DNA from: a virus
Virus record (IMG/VR): IMGVR_UViG_3300012944_000025
Span: 1-64,000 of that record
Reading direction: 5' to 3' (one strand)
Length of the DNA: 64,000 nt
Shown piece after piece: positions 35,094 through 45,676 of this stretch; positions within the stretch are counted from its first letter, which is position 1, and each line of letters opens with the position of its first letter. The notes beneath the pieces are model-generated. The model ran no database searches. It was given only the letters and a program-made list of their open reading frames with translations, and was not told where the DNA came from. The position numbers and the translations under genes were made by a program.

Positions 35094-35833
35094 TCGGTGA
35101 TCCCCTTGGCAGCGAGGTAGTCCTTCTGCGGGATGTACGCGCCGGTGGCCTTGTCCCGGAACCCCCACCCACCGGTCTTGCGTCCCGCCACGAACAGCGA
35201 CCAGCTGCCCACGGCGGGGTTCAGCAGGTCCACGCGGTGGAAGTCGTCCCCGCGGATGACGTTGACGGTTCCGGGCATCACCACCCGCGTCTCCCCGCCC
35301 CGCTCCTCGCGATACCCGCCGGCCAGGACGATCGCCACGGCCAGGTCCCATGGGTGGTTGTGCTGATCGCGATCGGCGTCCCCGCGGTGGAACTTGTGTA
35401 GGAACACAGCGAACGGGAGATCGCTGCCCTCGTCGTCGACGTCGCGCGGTCCCTCGGGCCACAGGTACCATCGCGTGAGGTACGGATCTCCGTTGGTCGA
35501 GATCGTCCGGTTGGGTAGCTTCTCGGTGACCGCCTCGAGCTTGCGAACCACGGTGATCTCGTCGTGCGCGATCAGCCCGAGTAGCCCTGCGACCCGGTTC
35601 GAGGCGAGGACCAGAAGCTCGGCGGCCGAGGACGGCATGGCCTCCTCGATGGCCGCGAGGCGCTGTTGCAGCGCGGGAACGTTGACCACGCCGTCCTCGA
35701 CCGAGCCGTTGGCGATTATCGTTTCAAGGTTGTCGATTCGGCGCTCGAGGACTCGGAGGTCTCGTTCGCGGTCGCTCTTGACGAGTTCAAACGCCAATTT
35801 CAGGCGCTCGTGGTCCCGTTTCAATGCGTCCAT
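35090..35833 (-). CDS. Coiled-coil plus C-terminal cupin-like phage protein
   Basis: PYLTRWYL...FLHKF...HNHPW...GGYREE...FHRVDL...WGF. Confidence 0.7.
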   Translation of the reverse strand: MDALKRDHERLKLAFELVKSDRERDLRVLERRIDNLETIIANGSVEDGVVNVPALQQRLAAIEEAMPSSAAELLVLASNRVAGLLGLIAHDEITVVRKLEAVTEKLPNRTISTNGDPYLTRWYLWPEGPRDVDDEGSDLPFAVFLHKFHRGDADRDQHNHPWDLAVAIVLAGGYREERGGETRVVMPGTVNVIRGDDFHRVDLLNPAVGSWSLFVAGRKTGGWGFRDKATGAYIPQKDYLAAKGITE

Positions 35834-36434
35834 CTCATGCCAGCTCACGTGTCCTTGCCTTTCTCGCGCGGTGCCGCGCGTATGAAATTCCTGCGATGAC
35901 AGGCCAGACGGGCCACGCCGCGCAGCCGAGCGCGACACGCCACCATGGGCCGGTCTTGCGCATCAGTCCGCCGAGCGCCGCGGTGATGGCCGCCCATACG
36001 ACCACGATCGTCACCGCAACCTCACGTACAACCCCATCCTGTGGGCGCCATCGTGTCCCTTCGGCAGCTCGCAATACGAGTCCTCGCAGTGAGGTGGCTT
36101 GATGGTCTCGGCCAGGCCTGACCCGCCGCAAGCCTGACACGATTGCCAGCCATGCCCCCATCCGACGAAGGTCATCCCAACGGGATGATTCACCTCCTCA
36201 GTGTCCGGCGCGCACGATGGGCACAGCTCTCGTCCGGCGCCGTCGAGAGTGATCTTGCTCATGGGTCGATCTTCCAGTGCCCGACGGCAACGCCATCCTG
36301 GCCTCGAATGTCGCCCTCCTTGGTCTCGATCGAGATGAACTTGTTGTGCCCGACGGACAGCAGGTACAGGTACAGCGCGACGAGCTTGCGCCCCTTCTCG
36401 TCGTCGACGACATCAGGGATGTCGATAACCGCGG

Positions 36435-36848
36435 TCAGGCGCACGTCTTCCTCGCCTTCTTGCGCCGGGGTGTCCGGGCGAGCGTCCGGGCCGTGGCCTC
36501 GGCTCGCTCCCGTTCCTCGGTCGCGAGCCGCTCCTGGTGGAGTTTGTGGTACTTCATGAAGTCACTCCTGACGCGGTTCAGGTCCTCCACCTGGCCGGTG
36601 AAGGTGCTGAGGACGTACCAAGACCGGCCGGGCATCAGCGGGTGACTGCCGTACTGCAGGCGGCAGAACCGGATCTGAATGGCCTTGGCCTCCTCGATGG
36701 TGTCGACGCTGAACACGGGCAGCGCCCTGCCGTTGAACACCTTCTCCTTGGTGACGGTGTCCCGATAGGTCACCGTGCCGTCCGCGCAGACGTGGATCAT
36801 GTAGCGCCGCTTGAACGCGGCGTTGATTTCCTCGTTGGTTATGGTCAT
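36435..36848 (-). CDS. Hypothetical protein
   Basis: MTITNEEINAAF...ALPVFSVDTIEEA. Confidence 0.65.
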   Translation of the reverse strand: MTITNEEINAAFKRRYMIHVCADGTVTYRDTVTKEKVFNGRALPVFSVDTIEEAKAIQIRFCRLQYGSHPLMPGRSWYVLSTFTGQVEDLNRVRSDFMKYHKLHQERLATEERERAEATARTLARTPRRKKARKTCA

Positions 36849-37286
36849 TTGACCCCGCTGCATCGCGGGCATCGCAGCTTGTCCTTCGGGCGGGCGGTCA
36901 ACGTCCAGCCGTGAGGCAGCGCGTCCTCTTCGATGGTGAAGGTTGCCAGCGTACGCCCCAGTCCTTGGGATTCGTAGCTGTTGTACCGAGCCGTCGCCGG
37001 TAGGATCACCGACTGCGTCTCCTTGCACTCGTCGCAGCGCAGCGTGCACGGTATCTCGAGCATCCTCGTTCTCCTCCGGTCGACAGGTTACCCGACAGCT
37101 AGCCGTGCAGCCCGTTGCGCACGCGCTGGATGCGAACGAGCGCGTTGCTGTACGCTTTCTTGTCCGTCTCGTCCGCCTGCTTGTTTTGACCGAGCTTGTG
37201 GATTCGCTCCTCCGCCTGTGACAGCACCTCGCTGACCTTGGTTAGGCATTCGCTAAGCTCGATGTCGATGAAACCTTCAGCCCTGC

Positions 37287-37502
37287 TCATGTGTTGTCGC
37301 TTTCTTGCCGTACGAGGCAGGTCATGCAATCGACATCGGCGCTGCGGGGACGGTCCTTGTCGTCCCAGCAGCTCCGCAACCGACGACTGGCCCCGCAGGG
37401 AGCCCGCGCCGTGTACCAGCCGGCGTGGCGGTTGTCGCGACGCTGGTCGGAAAGGGGTAACCAGGCATGCGTGATGCCCGTCTTGTCGCGCCACGCGCTC
37501 AC
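37287..37502 (-). CDS. DCMxC zinc-finger family protein
   Basis: WRDKTGITHA...APCG...VDCMTCLV. Confidence 0.85.
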   Translation of the reverse strand: MSAWRDKTGITHAWLPLSDQRRDNRHAGWYTARAPCGASRRLRSCWDDKDRPRSADVDCMTCLVRQESDNT

Positions 37503-37649
37503 GGCGGCCTCCGGCAGCTGACGACCATCGATCCGCCGATCGTGACTGGCCGCATATCACCACAAAGCGGGACGGACCTCGGTCTCGAAGGTCGCACGAT
37601 CGCCGCGCCACCCGCGATCGCAACCAACAGAAGGACTACTAGACCCGCG

Positions 37650-38162
37650 TTAGTCGGCGGCGGGGGTCTCATTGGGCATGACCTCGACGCCGGCAATGAT
37701 CTCCGCGATGACGCCCATGATCGCCTCGAAGGCTTCACTGCCGGGCGTCTGCCACTCCTTGGCGTCCCAGACGGTGACCTCGACCCATGGCAGAGTCAGG
37801 TTCTTCCGATGAAGCAGGTTGACCTGCTCCATCAGCGGGCGCTCCTCTGTCGGCATCCAGTCGACCGACACGCGGTTTGTTTCGGTCTCGATGACAACGA
37901 ACGCAGTGCCGTCCTTGAAGTTCGCTCTGGTCGGCCCCGGCACCTTGGCGAACTTCGCTGTGCACTCGGTCACCATCGTGAGCGCCCGGTTGACCGCTTT
38001 GAGCACGATCTTCGCCTCGTTCCCTGGGATCTTGGTGAGGTGGTGCTTCGCGGGCACAAGGATGTTCGGCAGACTGTGGAACATGCCCACCGCGACCTCG
38101 TGCGCGGTCTTGGGGATCCACTCCTCGACGGTGCCGTCGGCGGGCTCTTCTTTCTTGCTCAT
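37650..38162 (-). CDS. Hypothetical protein
   Basis: MSKKEEPADG...; AAGGAG upstream. Confidence 0.65.
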   Translation of the reverse strand: MSKKEEPADGTVEEWIPKTAHEVAVGMFHSLPNILVPAKHHLTKIPGNEAKIVLKAVNRALTMVTECTAKFAKVPGPTRANFKDGTAFVVIETETNRVSVDWMPTEERPLMEQVNLLHRKNLTLPWVEVTVWDAKEWQTPGSEAFEAIMGVIAEIIAGVEVMPNETPAAD

Positions 38163-38557
38163 GATTCTCCTTTCAGCGCGGCTATCAGAGCGTCCGCGCG
38201 GGCGAGCGCGCCCTCGCGCTGTGTGATGAGATCGTCGATCTGGCTCGCTACGCTGGCGAGCAGCCGCTCGACGCTCAGCTGCGCGAACACCTCCGTGCGT
38301 CGCTCGCGTGAGCACGACGCGAGCACCACTTCGCCCGCGTCGCTCTCGACGATCAGTCGCCACTGCCCTCCGGTCTTGCCGAACACCAGCTTCTCGTTGT
38401 CGGTCAGGCCGACGGAGACGCGCACGCTGATGTGCAGGCGGAGGGCCTCCTCGATCTCGCCGATCAGCGTCGAGAGCTTCGAGTCCAACTCCTGAATTCT
38501 CCTGTTCTTCGATCCGACCGCGGCCAACACGTCGGGAAGTTTGGCGTTATCTGGCAT
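38159..38557 (-). CDS. Hypothetical protein
   Basis: 132-aa ORF coupled to the next gene. Confidence 0.65.
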   Translation of the reverse strand: MPDNAKLPDVLAAVGSKNRRIQELDSKLSTLIGEIEEALRLHISVRVSVGLTDNEKLVFGKTGGQWRLIVESDAGEVVLASCSRERRTEVFAQLSVERLLASVASQIDDLITQREGALARADALIAALKGES

Positions 38558-38589
38558 GCTTATCCTTCGAGCGCCTCGCGCTCCGCGCC

Positions 38590-38811
38590 TTACGGAGTCT
38601 GTCCCGTCGGTGGGACGACGGTCGCGGTGCCGCAGGTGTCCGTGTCATTGCAGGTCGCGCTGGCGCAGCCGACCGTGCAGTTGCGCCGCGTCACGCAACC
38701 GATGCTTGCCGGGCAACCAGCGACGGAACCTCCGCCGACGCGGGCGAGCTGCACGCTCCCGAGGTGAAGAATCGTCTCACGCGCCAACACCAGACGTTTT
38801 GACTTGATCAT
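38590..38811 (-). CDS. Putative RiPP (lanthipeptide-like) precursor peptide
   Basis: Leader MIKSKRLVLARETILHL...LARVGGG; Cys/Ser/Thr-rich core with 6 Cys. Confidence 0.6.
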   Translation of the reverse strand: MIKSKRLVLARETILHLGSVQLARVGGGSVAGCPASIGCVTRRNCTVGCASATCNDTDTCGTATVVPPTGQTP

Positions 38812-38823
38812 GTTGCTTCGTTC

Positions 38824-39210
38824 CTATCCTTCGAGCGCCTTGCGCTCCTCTTCCAGGTTGCGATTGAGGGCCTTGTGCGAGTCGAACTTGTCGCCGTACC
38901 GCACCTTGAGCTTCGCGATGTTCCGCTCGTGCGCCTCGGAGATGGAGCGCTTGATCGCGTGAAGCATCACGGCCTGGTACCAGGACAGGTCCCCGTTCTC
39001 CTCGAGGATGTTGACCTCGTCGAGCGCCTTGCCGTAGATGATGTGCTTCTTCAGCGCGTCGGCCAGCTCGCCGACCTCGCTCGACATGCCGAGCACGGCG
39101 TGGATCAGACGGGCGACGACGACGTCGTGATCATGATCCCCTCCGAGCCTGACGAAGTCCGGGGTACTTTCGGTGCGCAGGGCGTCCTCTTGGTACTGGT
39201 TGTCGTTCAT
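38824..39210 (-). CDS. MazG-like nucleotide pyrophosphohydrolase
   Basis: YQEDALRT...LGMSSEVGELADALKKHIIYG...EENGDLSWY...NIAKLKVRY. Confidence 0.88.
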   Translation of the reverse strand: MNDNQYQEDALRTESTPDFVRLGGDHDHDVVVARLIHAVLGMSSEVGELADALKKHIIYGKALDEVNILEENGDLSWYQAVMLHAIKRSISEAHERNIAKLKVRYGDKFDSHKALNRNLEEERKALEG

Positions 39211-39214
39211 GCGA

Positions 39215-39231
39215 TGTTTATCCCATGAGCA
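39215..39231. promoter_or_regulatory. 17-bp palindromic operator-like site
   Basis: TGTTTA-TCCCA-TGAGCA directly upstream of the MazG-like gene. Confidence 0.55.
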
Positions 39232-39258
39232 AAGCACCCCGTCACATGCTTATGCCAA

Positions 39259-39657
39259 CTATTCGAGGTCGTCCTCGGGTCCGAGCGGGCCCTGGTTGTG
39301 GCGATGCGCAGCTCGCGTCGCGGCTGCCATCGCATCGTTGGTCTGCCGGGTCAGCTTGCTGACGTGCGCCTGCAGCTCGGACATGCTGGTTCTCGCGGCG
39401 TCGAGGTTTGCCTTGGCGATCGCGTTGCGCCGATCGTCGGCGTACCTCGCGTCCGTCCAGTCCCGGATTAGCTCGAGCATGCCGATCACCTGGACCTGAT
39501 CGAGCACGTGCCCGCCGCGGACGCGCTTGACCAGTCCGTCGATGAACTGGCTCCTGCCGGTGTTCAAGGCGATCGCGACCTCCCCAGGGACCGCATAGGT
39601 CACGGGGCTGTCGGACACGGTCGGCGTCTCAGTCTTCTCCTGCTTCTTCCTGCTCAT
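39259..39657 (-). CDS. Hypothetical protein
   Basis: 132-aa ORF. Confidence 0.6.
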   Translation of the reverse strand: MSRKKQEKTETPTVSDSPVTYAVPGEVAIALNTGRSQFIDGLVKRVRGGHVLDQVQVIGMLELIRDWTDARYADDRRNAIAKANLDAARTSMSELQAHVSKLTRQTNDAMAAATRAAHRHNQGPLGPEDDLE

Positions 39658-40258
39658 CTCTTGTCGTCGACTTTCCGCGGGGAACCCGCGTTGGTTATTT
39701 CGATGTCCATCGGGCGAGGATCAGCTGTTCGAACGCCTTGGCGGTCGCTGGGTCCGCGCCCGCGTCGCGCAACATGCGCTTGATCTCGGCACGCGGCACG
39801 CCGTTGGGGTTGTCGTAAAGCTGGTGGAATTTCTCGTTCCATCCGACGAGCGGCTCGTACGTCAGGCTTGCCTTCACGCGCTTCTCGCACTCGCCCTTGC
39901 ACTCGTCGCAGAGCGCCATCGCGCCCTTGCGGCCGTCGGGACCGGCTTCGACCTCGCGGGCGTACCAGGTCGGCTTCTTGGTGCAGCGGCCCCACTTCCC
40001 GCCGACGTCACCGCCCATGACCCAGGGGTTGTACGCTGACTTGATGTCGGCCTGGCACCGCTCGTGGTCGACGGGCTCGAGGGGCTTGGCCTTCTTGTCG
40101 TTCTTCGTCACTTGGTCTCCTCGTACGCGCGAAGCGCGGTCCACGCCGCAGCCTCAACGCCCTCCTGCGAGCCACCCAGCCGGCTGAGGGCTCGGAAGAT
40201 CGCGAGCCATCGGCGGTTTCTCCGTGTGTTCTCCAGGCCCAGTTCCGGGACCAGCAGC

Positions 40259-40714
40259 TCAGGCATCGTCCATGTCCGACGCTCCGATCGTCTCCTCCAT
40301 CGTCCCCTCGTGCAGCTCATCGCCCTTGCCGCACTCGCAGGTCACCTTGTAGGTGAGGCTCGCGCCGAGGCGGGGCCGCTTGCCGCCCTCCTCGACCTGC
40401 TCGGGATCGTCACAGGTCGCGGTCAGCTCGCAGCCCTCCTTCCAGGTCCAGCCGCCGCCCTTCTTCTCGACGAGGTGCGCCTCGAGCTTGTCGTGATCAA
40501 GGGTGAACTCCTCCGACATCTCGAGCGACGCTTCCTTCATGGTCTCGCCGCAGCACTCGCTGTTCCGAGTAATCTGCACGGTCGCGTGGACGTTCCCAGT
40601 GACGGTTCCATCCTCCAGCACGAGGTCGAGGTGCTCGACCTCGAACGACTCCTCCTCGGGCTCCTGGAACTCCAGCGACGCGAACTTGTTGCAGCCGGGG
40701 CACTTGTTGGCCAT
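40259..40714 (-). CDS. Acidic Cys-containing hypothetical protein
   Basis: MANKCPGCNKF...ECCG...CECG. Confidence 0.6.
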   Translation of the reverse strand: MANKCPGCNKFASLEFQEPEEESFEVEHLDLVLEDGTVTGNVHATVQITRNSECCGETMKEASLEMSEEFTLDHDKLEAHLVEKKGGGWTWKEGCELTATCDDPEQVEEGGKRPRLGASLTYKVTCECGKGDELHEGTMEETIGASDMDDA

Positions 40715-41175
40715 CAGGCTTCCTTGTCGGGCTCGGGGTTGACCGCCGCCTTGTACGCCTCGCGCTCCTCCTTGGTGAGCGCGCTGAATGCCGGCGCGGC
40801 GATGCCGCTTCGGGCTCCATGCTCCGCGGCGCACAACGCGAACACCAGTGCGGCCTTCTCGAGGTCGTCGACCGCGGCGTCGTGGTTGGGCTTGTTCTTC
40901 GGCGTGTTCTTGGTGTGCGCGTGCTTGTGCGACGCGGCGCGCAGGGCTCGCCGCGCTGCCTGCAGGCGGAAGTACGGATCATCGAGCTTCATGTCTTGCC
41001 CTTTCTGTGCTTGCTTCGGGCTCGAATCGCCGCGACGCGCTCTCCGATGTAGGCCACCGCGTTGAGTGAGCCGATCTTCGACGGGTCGCGGCCGTCGCTC
41101 CAGTCCGTGTCGAGATAGGTGTCTATCGCCTCGACGAGGTGCTTGGGCAGGCGAATGGTCACGGTGTTGGGCATG

Positions 41176-41550
41176 TCATTCCTCCATGTCCCGAATGAAC
41201 GGCCCGTGCTGCGCCTCGGTCCAGAAGCCGAGCCTTCGTCCGCCTTCGACGACGAACTCGACGCGTTGGCCCCTTCCGGACTTCCGTGCCTTGGCGCTTA
41301 CGACACGGGCCGCGAGCATCTCGGTTCTTCCGCCCACAGCGTCGATCTGGAACACGCGCAAGATGTACTCCCCGACGGTCTCCGCCCCCACCACCTCTAT
41401 GGTGATTGGCGCCAGGCCATCAAGCACGAACAAGCTTTCCTTCAGTTCGACACCGACAAACCACACGCAGGTCGCGACTGTCTCCTGAATGGCGTTGATG
41501 GTCATCGGCGGGCCGCCGCTCTTCAGACGTACGGAATCGCCGGGCTTCAC
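41176..41550 (-). CDS. YodC/DUF2158-like N-terminal domain protein
   Basis: MKPGDSVRLKSGGPPMTI...CVWF. Confidence 0.75.
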   Translation of the reverse strand: MKPGDSVRLKSGGPPMTINAIQETVATCVWFVGVELKESLFVLDGLAPITIEVVGAETVGEYILRVFQIDAVGGRTEMLAARVVSAKARKSGRGQRVEFVVEGGRRLGFWTEAQHGPFIRDMEE

Positions 41551-41755
41551 GAGGATGCCTTGTATTCGATCGTATCAGGAGCCACGACCATCGTGTATTC
41601 ACCCGGACCGAGGCTTGTCGGGCGAACACGAAGGTCGTGACCGACCTGCCCTTCGTCTTTTCGACGCGTCGGGCCGTAAACCCAGACTTCGACCAAGTCC
41701 CTAGTGTTGCCAGGGCCGATGCTACGAATCCAGTTTGCAAGTCTAGGTTTGTTGC

Positions 41756-42526
41756 TCATTGTCGCTTTCCTTGCAGCTGAATCAACGGAGGCCCCGCAAC
41801 TCTCTTCTCTGAAGAGAAGCAGAACCTGCACGCCGCGCACGCGCCTTCGTGCTCGGCGCCGTCGCGGGCGGTGGCCGGGCAGGCGCGCGGCTCAGGATCC
41901 CACTGCGCCCGCCTGGACATCTTGTGCTCCTCGAACACGACGGACACCCAGCGCGGGACCTTGTCCTCCGGGCTCCTGCGCGCCCACGCCGCATAGAACT
42001 GCGGCCTGTTCTTCAGGACGAGCAGCCGTGTGGCCTCGGTGTTCGTCCGTGTCGTCGTGGAGTCCAAGCTGAGCATGACGTGCAGGTTCGGTAGGTTTGG
42101 TAACAAACCTGCCAGCTCGAGCTTCCGGGTCGCCACCCACACGGCCAACTCCGGGAACTCGACGGCGATGCACGTCGTGAAGAACACCGATCCCGGTTGG
42201 AGGTCGCCGACGCCGAACATCCGTACGAAGTTCTGTTTTTTCAAAACAGCTCTGGCGATGCGCCGGGCCTCGTGCCGGAGTACGGCCTTGTCGGCGGACG
42301 CGAAGAACGCCGCGTTGCGCGCCTGCGACGCGAGGGCCGCGTCGTACGTCAGGCGACCGAGGAGGCCGTAGCAGTACTCGGCGCAACCCTTGGTCGGCCT
42401 GCACGTCCGCGCGATGGCGACGTTGATCGAGCAGCCGGTCTTGGAGTTGGTGGAGAGGGACACCTCGAACGCGTCGGCGAGACCGAGCCGCGGCGTTCGA
42501 CCGCGGATGACGGACAGACGGCTCAT
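41756..42526 (-). CDS. GP88-like Cys-rich phage protein (radical-SAM-like)
   Basis: NSKTG...TCRPTKGCAEYCY...VRMFGVGDL...WVATRK...CPAT...CAACRFC. Confidence 0.65.
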   Translation of the reverse strand: MSRLSVIRGRTPRLGLADAFEVSLSTNSKTGCSINVAIARTCRPTKGCAEYCYGLLGRLTYDAALASQARNAAFFASADKAVLRHEARRIARAVLKKQNFVRMFGVGDLQPGSVFFTTCIAVEFPELAVWVATRKLELAGLLPNLPNLHVMLSLDSTTTRTNTEATRLLVLKNRPQFYAAWARRSPEDKVPRWVSVVFEEHKMSRRAQWDPEPRACPATARDGAEHEGACAACRFCFSSEKRVAGPPLIQLQGKRQ

Positions 42527-42716
42527 TGCACCGGCTCCCGGGTCACGATGTACGCCGTGCAGCTGGACACGATGTTCACGGCGAAGATTTCCTCCTTCCC
42601 TGCCTCCTCGATGCTCGCGAGCTTCTCGGCGAGGTTGAGGTGCATGATGTTGCCACTGTCATAGCCGACGGTTCCAACGGGCTTGCCTGATACGTCGTAG
42701 GTTCGCCACTTGAATT

Positions 42717-42917
42717 TCATCGAAAGACCAATTGCCGGACCTGTCCTTTTTTGTTCTCAACCAAAACCGAACCGCCTGATTCCTTTACTTCCTGTAGGTA
42801 CATTTCTGTACCAATACCCTGACGAATTACTTCGGTCATGGTGATGCTCCGCTTGGAAGCCAATCGCTTCAGTGTCCTGAAGGTTTCAATATCGATGTTG
42901 AACGTAAGTTTGGTCAT
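42717..42917 (-). CDS. Ribbon-helix-helix (CopG-like) protein
   Basis: MTKLTFNIDIETFRTLKRLASKRSITMTEVIRQGI; locally AT-rich. Confidence 0.75.
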   Translation of the reverse strand: MTKLTFNIDIETFRTLKRLASKRSITMTEVIRQGIGTEMYLQEVKESGGSVLVENKKGQVRQLVFR

Positions 42918-43169
42918 AGTGGTTTTTGTCCGCGAGGCCCCCAGCGCGTGCCGGCCGCGCGAGACGCGGCCATTGAGCTGTCCAAGACGCGCCACGTCTC
43001 TTCCGGCGAGACCCCAGCAGCCTCGTTGGCTGTCAAGGCCGCCCTGCGCGCCGCCGTCCACGTACCGACGGGCTTGGCCTCGTCGATCGCATAGCCCGCC
43101 ACGCCCTCCTGCACCACCGCGACGCCCCACCGGTCCTGGGTCAGCGCGACCGGGACCCACGCCGCTGCG

Positions 43170-43667
43170 TTAGACATTGCCGTCCCAGTACGCGTGCACG
43201 TCGTGTTTGCACGCGGCGCACTGCACCCTCGCCGTGCTCGCGACGCGCAGGTTGCTCGGCAGGCGCTGCTGGTCTCTCTCGCCCTTGATCTCGTCGCTGT
43301 CCTTGGTCAGGTGCCCGTTCCAGAAGTTGAGCAGCAGGTCCGCGCAGAGCAGCGCCTGCGGCTGCCGCAGGTCCGCCCGGCAGGACGGGCACCTTGCCGG
43401 CACGGCTATCCTCGTCTCCGTGATCGTGACGCGGGAGACGGTCACCGCGTGCTGGGGTCCTCTCAACGGCGTGATCTTCGTGTCCTCCTTGATGGCGTCG
43501 ATTCGACCGGGGAACACCGACAGCCCGATGACGACGCCCTCGGCCTCGCGATACGCGGCGGCCTTCGCGGCCACGCCGTCGATCGCATGCACCTGGGTCA
43601 CGTAGGCCTCCTTGGTGTCGGCGTACGCGCCCACGACGGTGAACCACTCGTGTGATTGGTCAGCCAA
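43170..43667 (-). CDS. Hypothetical protein with zinc ribbon
   Basis: CPSC...CAAC. Confidence 0.6.
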   Translation of the reverse strand: MADQSHEWFTVVGAYADTKEAYVTQVHAIDGVAAKAAAYREAEGVVIGLSVFPGRIDAIKEDTKITPLRGPQHAVTVSRVTITETRIAVPARCPSCRADLRQPQALLCADLLLNFWNGHLTKDSDEIKGERDQQRLPSNLRVASTARVQCAACKHDVHAYWDGNV

Positions 43668-44424
43668 GCGCGTACGCTTTCTGCAGCATCCACCCGTTCC
43701 ACGGCAGGCGGACGAGCGCGGTCATGCGGACGAGCGGGACGCAGGCGCACTCCGGGCAGGCGGCCTTCCGCATCTGTGGGACGACCTCCGCGCCCTCGGG
43801 CGCGGCCTCCCTGATCTGCTCGAGTGCCGCGAACTGGCTGGTGTCGAGGTGATCCACGGGCAGCACGAACATCTGGACGCTGCCGGTGCAGCCCTTGTCG
43901 CAGTCGCACGCCTGGTACGCCTTGATCGTCGTGTACTCCTCCTCGGGAATGTTGAAGATTTGATCCATTGCCTCTTCGATGATTTCCTCGTCCTTGAGGA
44001 ACCCTTCTCGCCGCCGCTCGACCATGTCCGGGTCGCAAGTATCCTCGATCCACTTCGTGATGGCCTCGGCGTGTCGGGCCTTGGCCTGTCCTTCCTTGCG
44101 TCGACGGACGGCCTCTTCCTGGATGACCCGCGCGGCTGCGGCCTCGGCCTCGACGCGAGCCGCCTCCTCCGCGGCCAGCTCCACGCCTCGCCGCGCGGCT
44201 CGCGCCTCGAGACCACGGAGCACGGAGCCGAACGTCGCGTCGACCACGCCCGGACCCTCGAGGGTCTCGTCCGCCGCCACCACCTGCGCGATCTGGTCGA
44301 GCGCGTCCTCCGGGACGTCCACGAGGTCCTCGTCCGCCACGGAGACCTTCACGACGCCGACCGTCGTCTTCCGCGCCAGGATCGCGTCGCGTGCGGCTAT
44401 CCGAAGGCGGATCTCGACGCTCAC
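43660..44424 (-). CDS. Hypothetical protein
   Basis: Helical N-terminus; C-terminal CDC..C..CPEC. Confidence 0.65.
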   Translation of the reverse strand: MSVEIRLRIAARDAILARKTTVGVVKVSVADEDLVDVPEDALDQIAQVVAADETLEGPGVVDATFGSVLRGLEARAARRGVELAAEEAARVEAEAAAARVIQEEAVRRRKEGQAKARHAEAITKWIEDTCDPDMVERRREGFLKDEEIIEEAMDQIFNIPEEEYTTIKAYQACDCDKGCTGSVQMFVLPVDHLDTSQFAALEQIREAAPEGAEVVPQMRKAACPECACVPLVRMTALVRLPWNGWMLQKAYALG

Positions 44425-44658
44425 GTTCGATGCTCCGCGCACGTCACCTCGTCGGTCGGCCTGGTGTCGCCATCGACCACGGCGGGCTTGTCGCAGTACG
44501 CACACGTGAGCGCGGCCTGCTTGACCCACGCGACGAGCTTCGCGGGCGTGGCCTTGTTGTACTCGGCAACCGCGGCCTCGATCGCGGCCTCGCTTCCCCC
44601 GCGCTCTATGATCGCGGTCTGGTGGTCCTCGTACGCGCTGAGGTATGTGGGCATTCTG

Positions 44659-45081
44659 CTAGCCTTCCTCGTTTTCGATGCTCCAAGCAAGCGCTCTCGC
44701 GTCCTGCGCTTTTTGATGTCGCTTGCGGAGGTTCATCAGACGCTCCACGAGCGGGAACTTTGCGTGCACGGTGGGCAAGTAATAGTTGATCCCGACGGCG
44801 TCGTTAGTCTTGGCCAGCTCGACTTCCATGATCGCGCTGGAGCACAGCGGACAGAGACCGAATCCGTCAGAGGGCAGCCGCTCGTCTCTGAACTCGTTGA
44901 TTTGGCAGTCTACGATCACCGTGTCGTCACCGAGGCGCATGGCCGCCATGCCGCAGCAGTCGAACCGCCACCCCGTGCCCGACTTGCCCGTGAGGCACGA
45001 CATATTGATCGGGCACGTCGCGCAGTCCACGGGGGTGATGTCCGTGTCGGGCGTGTCGGGGATCTGGAGGAACGGAATCAC
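44659..45081 (-). CDS. Cys-rich hypothetical protein
   Basis: DCATCP..SC..DCCG..DC..LCPLC. Confidence 0.6.
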   Translation of the reverse strand: MIPFLQIPDTPDTDITPVDCATCPINMSCLTGKSGTGWRFDCCGMAAMRLGDDTVIVDCQINEFRDERLPSDGFGLCPLCSSAIMEVELAKTNDAVGINYYLPTVHAKFPLVERLMNLRKRHQKAQDARALAWSIENEEG

Positions 45082-45082
45082 C

Positions 45083-45631
45083 TCAGTACTCCACGATGTC
45101 CGCGGGCACGTCGTGGTCCCCGAGGGGCTGCTGCGCCCGGACGGTCACGCGACCCGACGGCGTCACGCGGATCAGCGTGACCGTCTGCCTCTTGTCGACC
45201 CAGCCCTTGACGGGACCCGACAGGATGTCGACGCACTGCTCCGGGCTGCTCAGGCTCTCCGCGATGCAAGACATGCTGCGCGGGCACCCCTCGCAGATTC
45301 GACCGGGCTCGTCGACGGGGACCAGCGCCCGCGTCGGAACGAGCACCTGCTTGCCCTCGAGCTGGAGTTTGCGCAGGTAGACCCTCAGGGCCCCGGCGTT
45401 GACCTCCGTGCGGATGGCATCCCGGAGTTCCGGGTCCGGGATCAGCGCGTTCTGTTGGGCGGCCCCGAGACGCCACATCACGGGGTGCTTGATGGCGTCG
45501 ATCGCGTAGATGAGGCGGGCGACCGCCTGAATGGGCAGGTCGAACATGCGCGCCAGAACCTCGGCGAGGTCCTTCTCCACCCCCGCGACGTTGGTCTCGC
45601 GGAGGGCTTGCTTGAGTCTCTCGGTGGGCAT
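45083..45631 (-). CDS. Hypothetical protein
   Basis: MPTERLKQAL...CEGC..SC..C; AGGAG upstream; diverges from thyX. Confidence 0.65.
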   Translation of the reverse strand: MPTERLKQALRETNVAGVEKDLAEVLARMFDLPIQAVARLIYAIDAIKHPVMWRLGAAQQNALIPDPELRDAIRTEVNAGALRVYLRKLQLEGKQVLVPTRALVPVDEPGRICEGCPRSMSCIAESLSSPEQCVDILSGPVKGWVDKRQTVTLIRVTPSGRVTVRAQQPLGDHDVPADIVEY

Positions 45632-45648
45632 AGCGTCTCCTGGTCGGT

Positions 45649-45665
45649 TGATTATAAGATAAACA
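45649..45665. promoter_or_regulatory. 17-bp palindromic operator-like site
   Basis: TGATTA-TAAGA-TAAACA between thyX and its divergent neighbour. Confidence 0.6.
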
Positions 45666-45676
45666 GCGGAGGAAAC

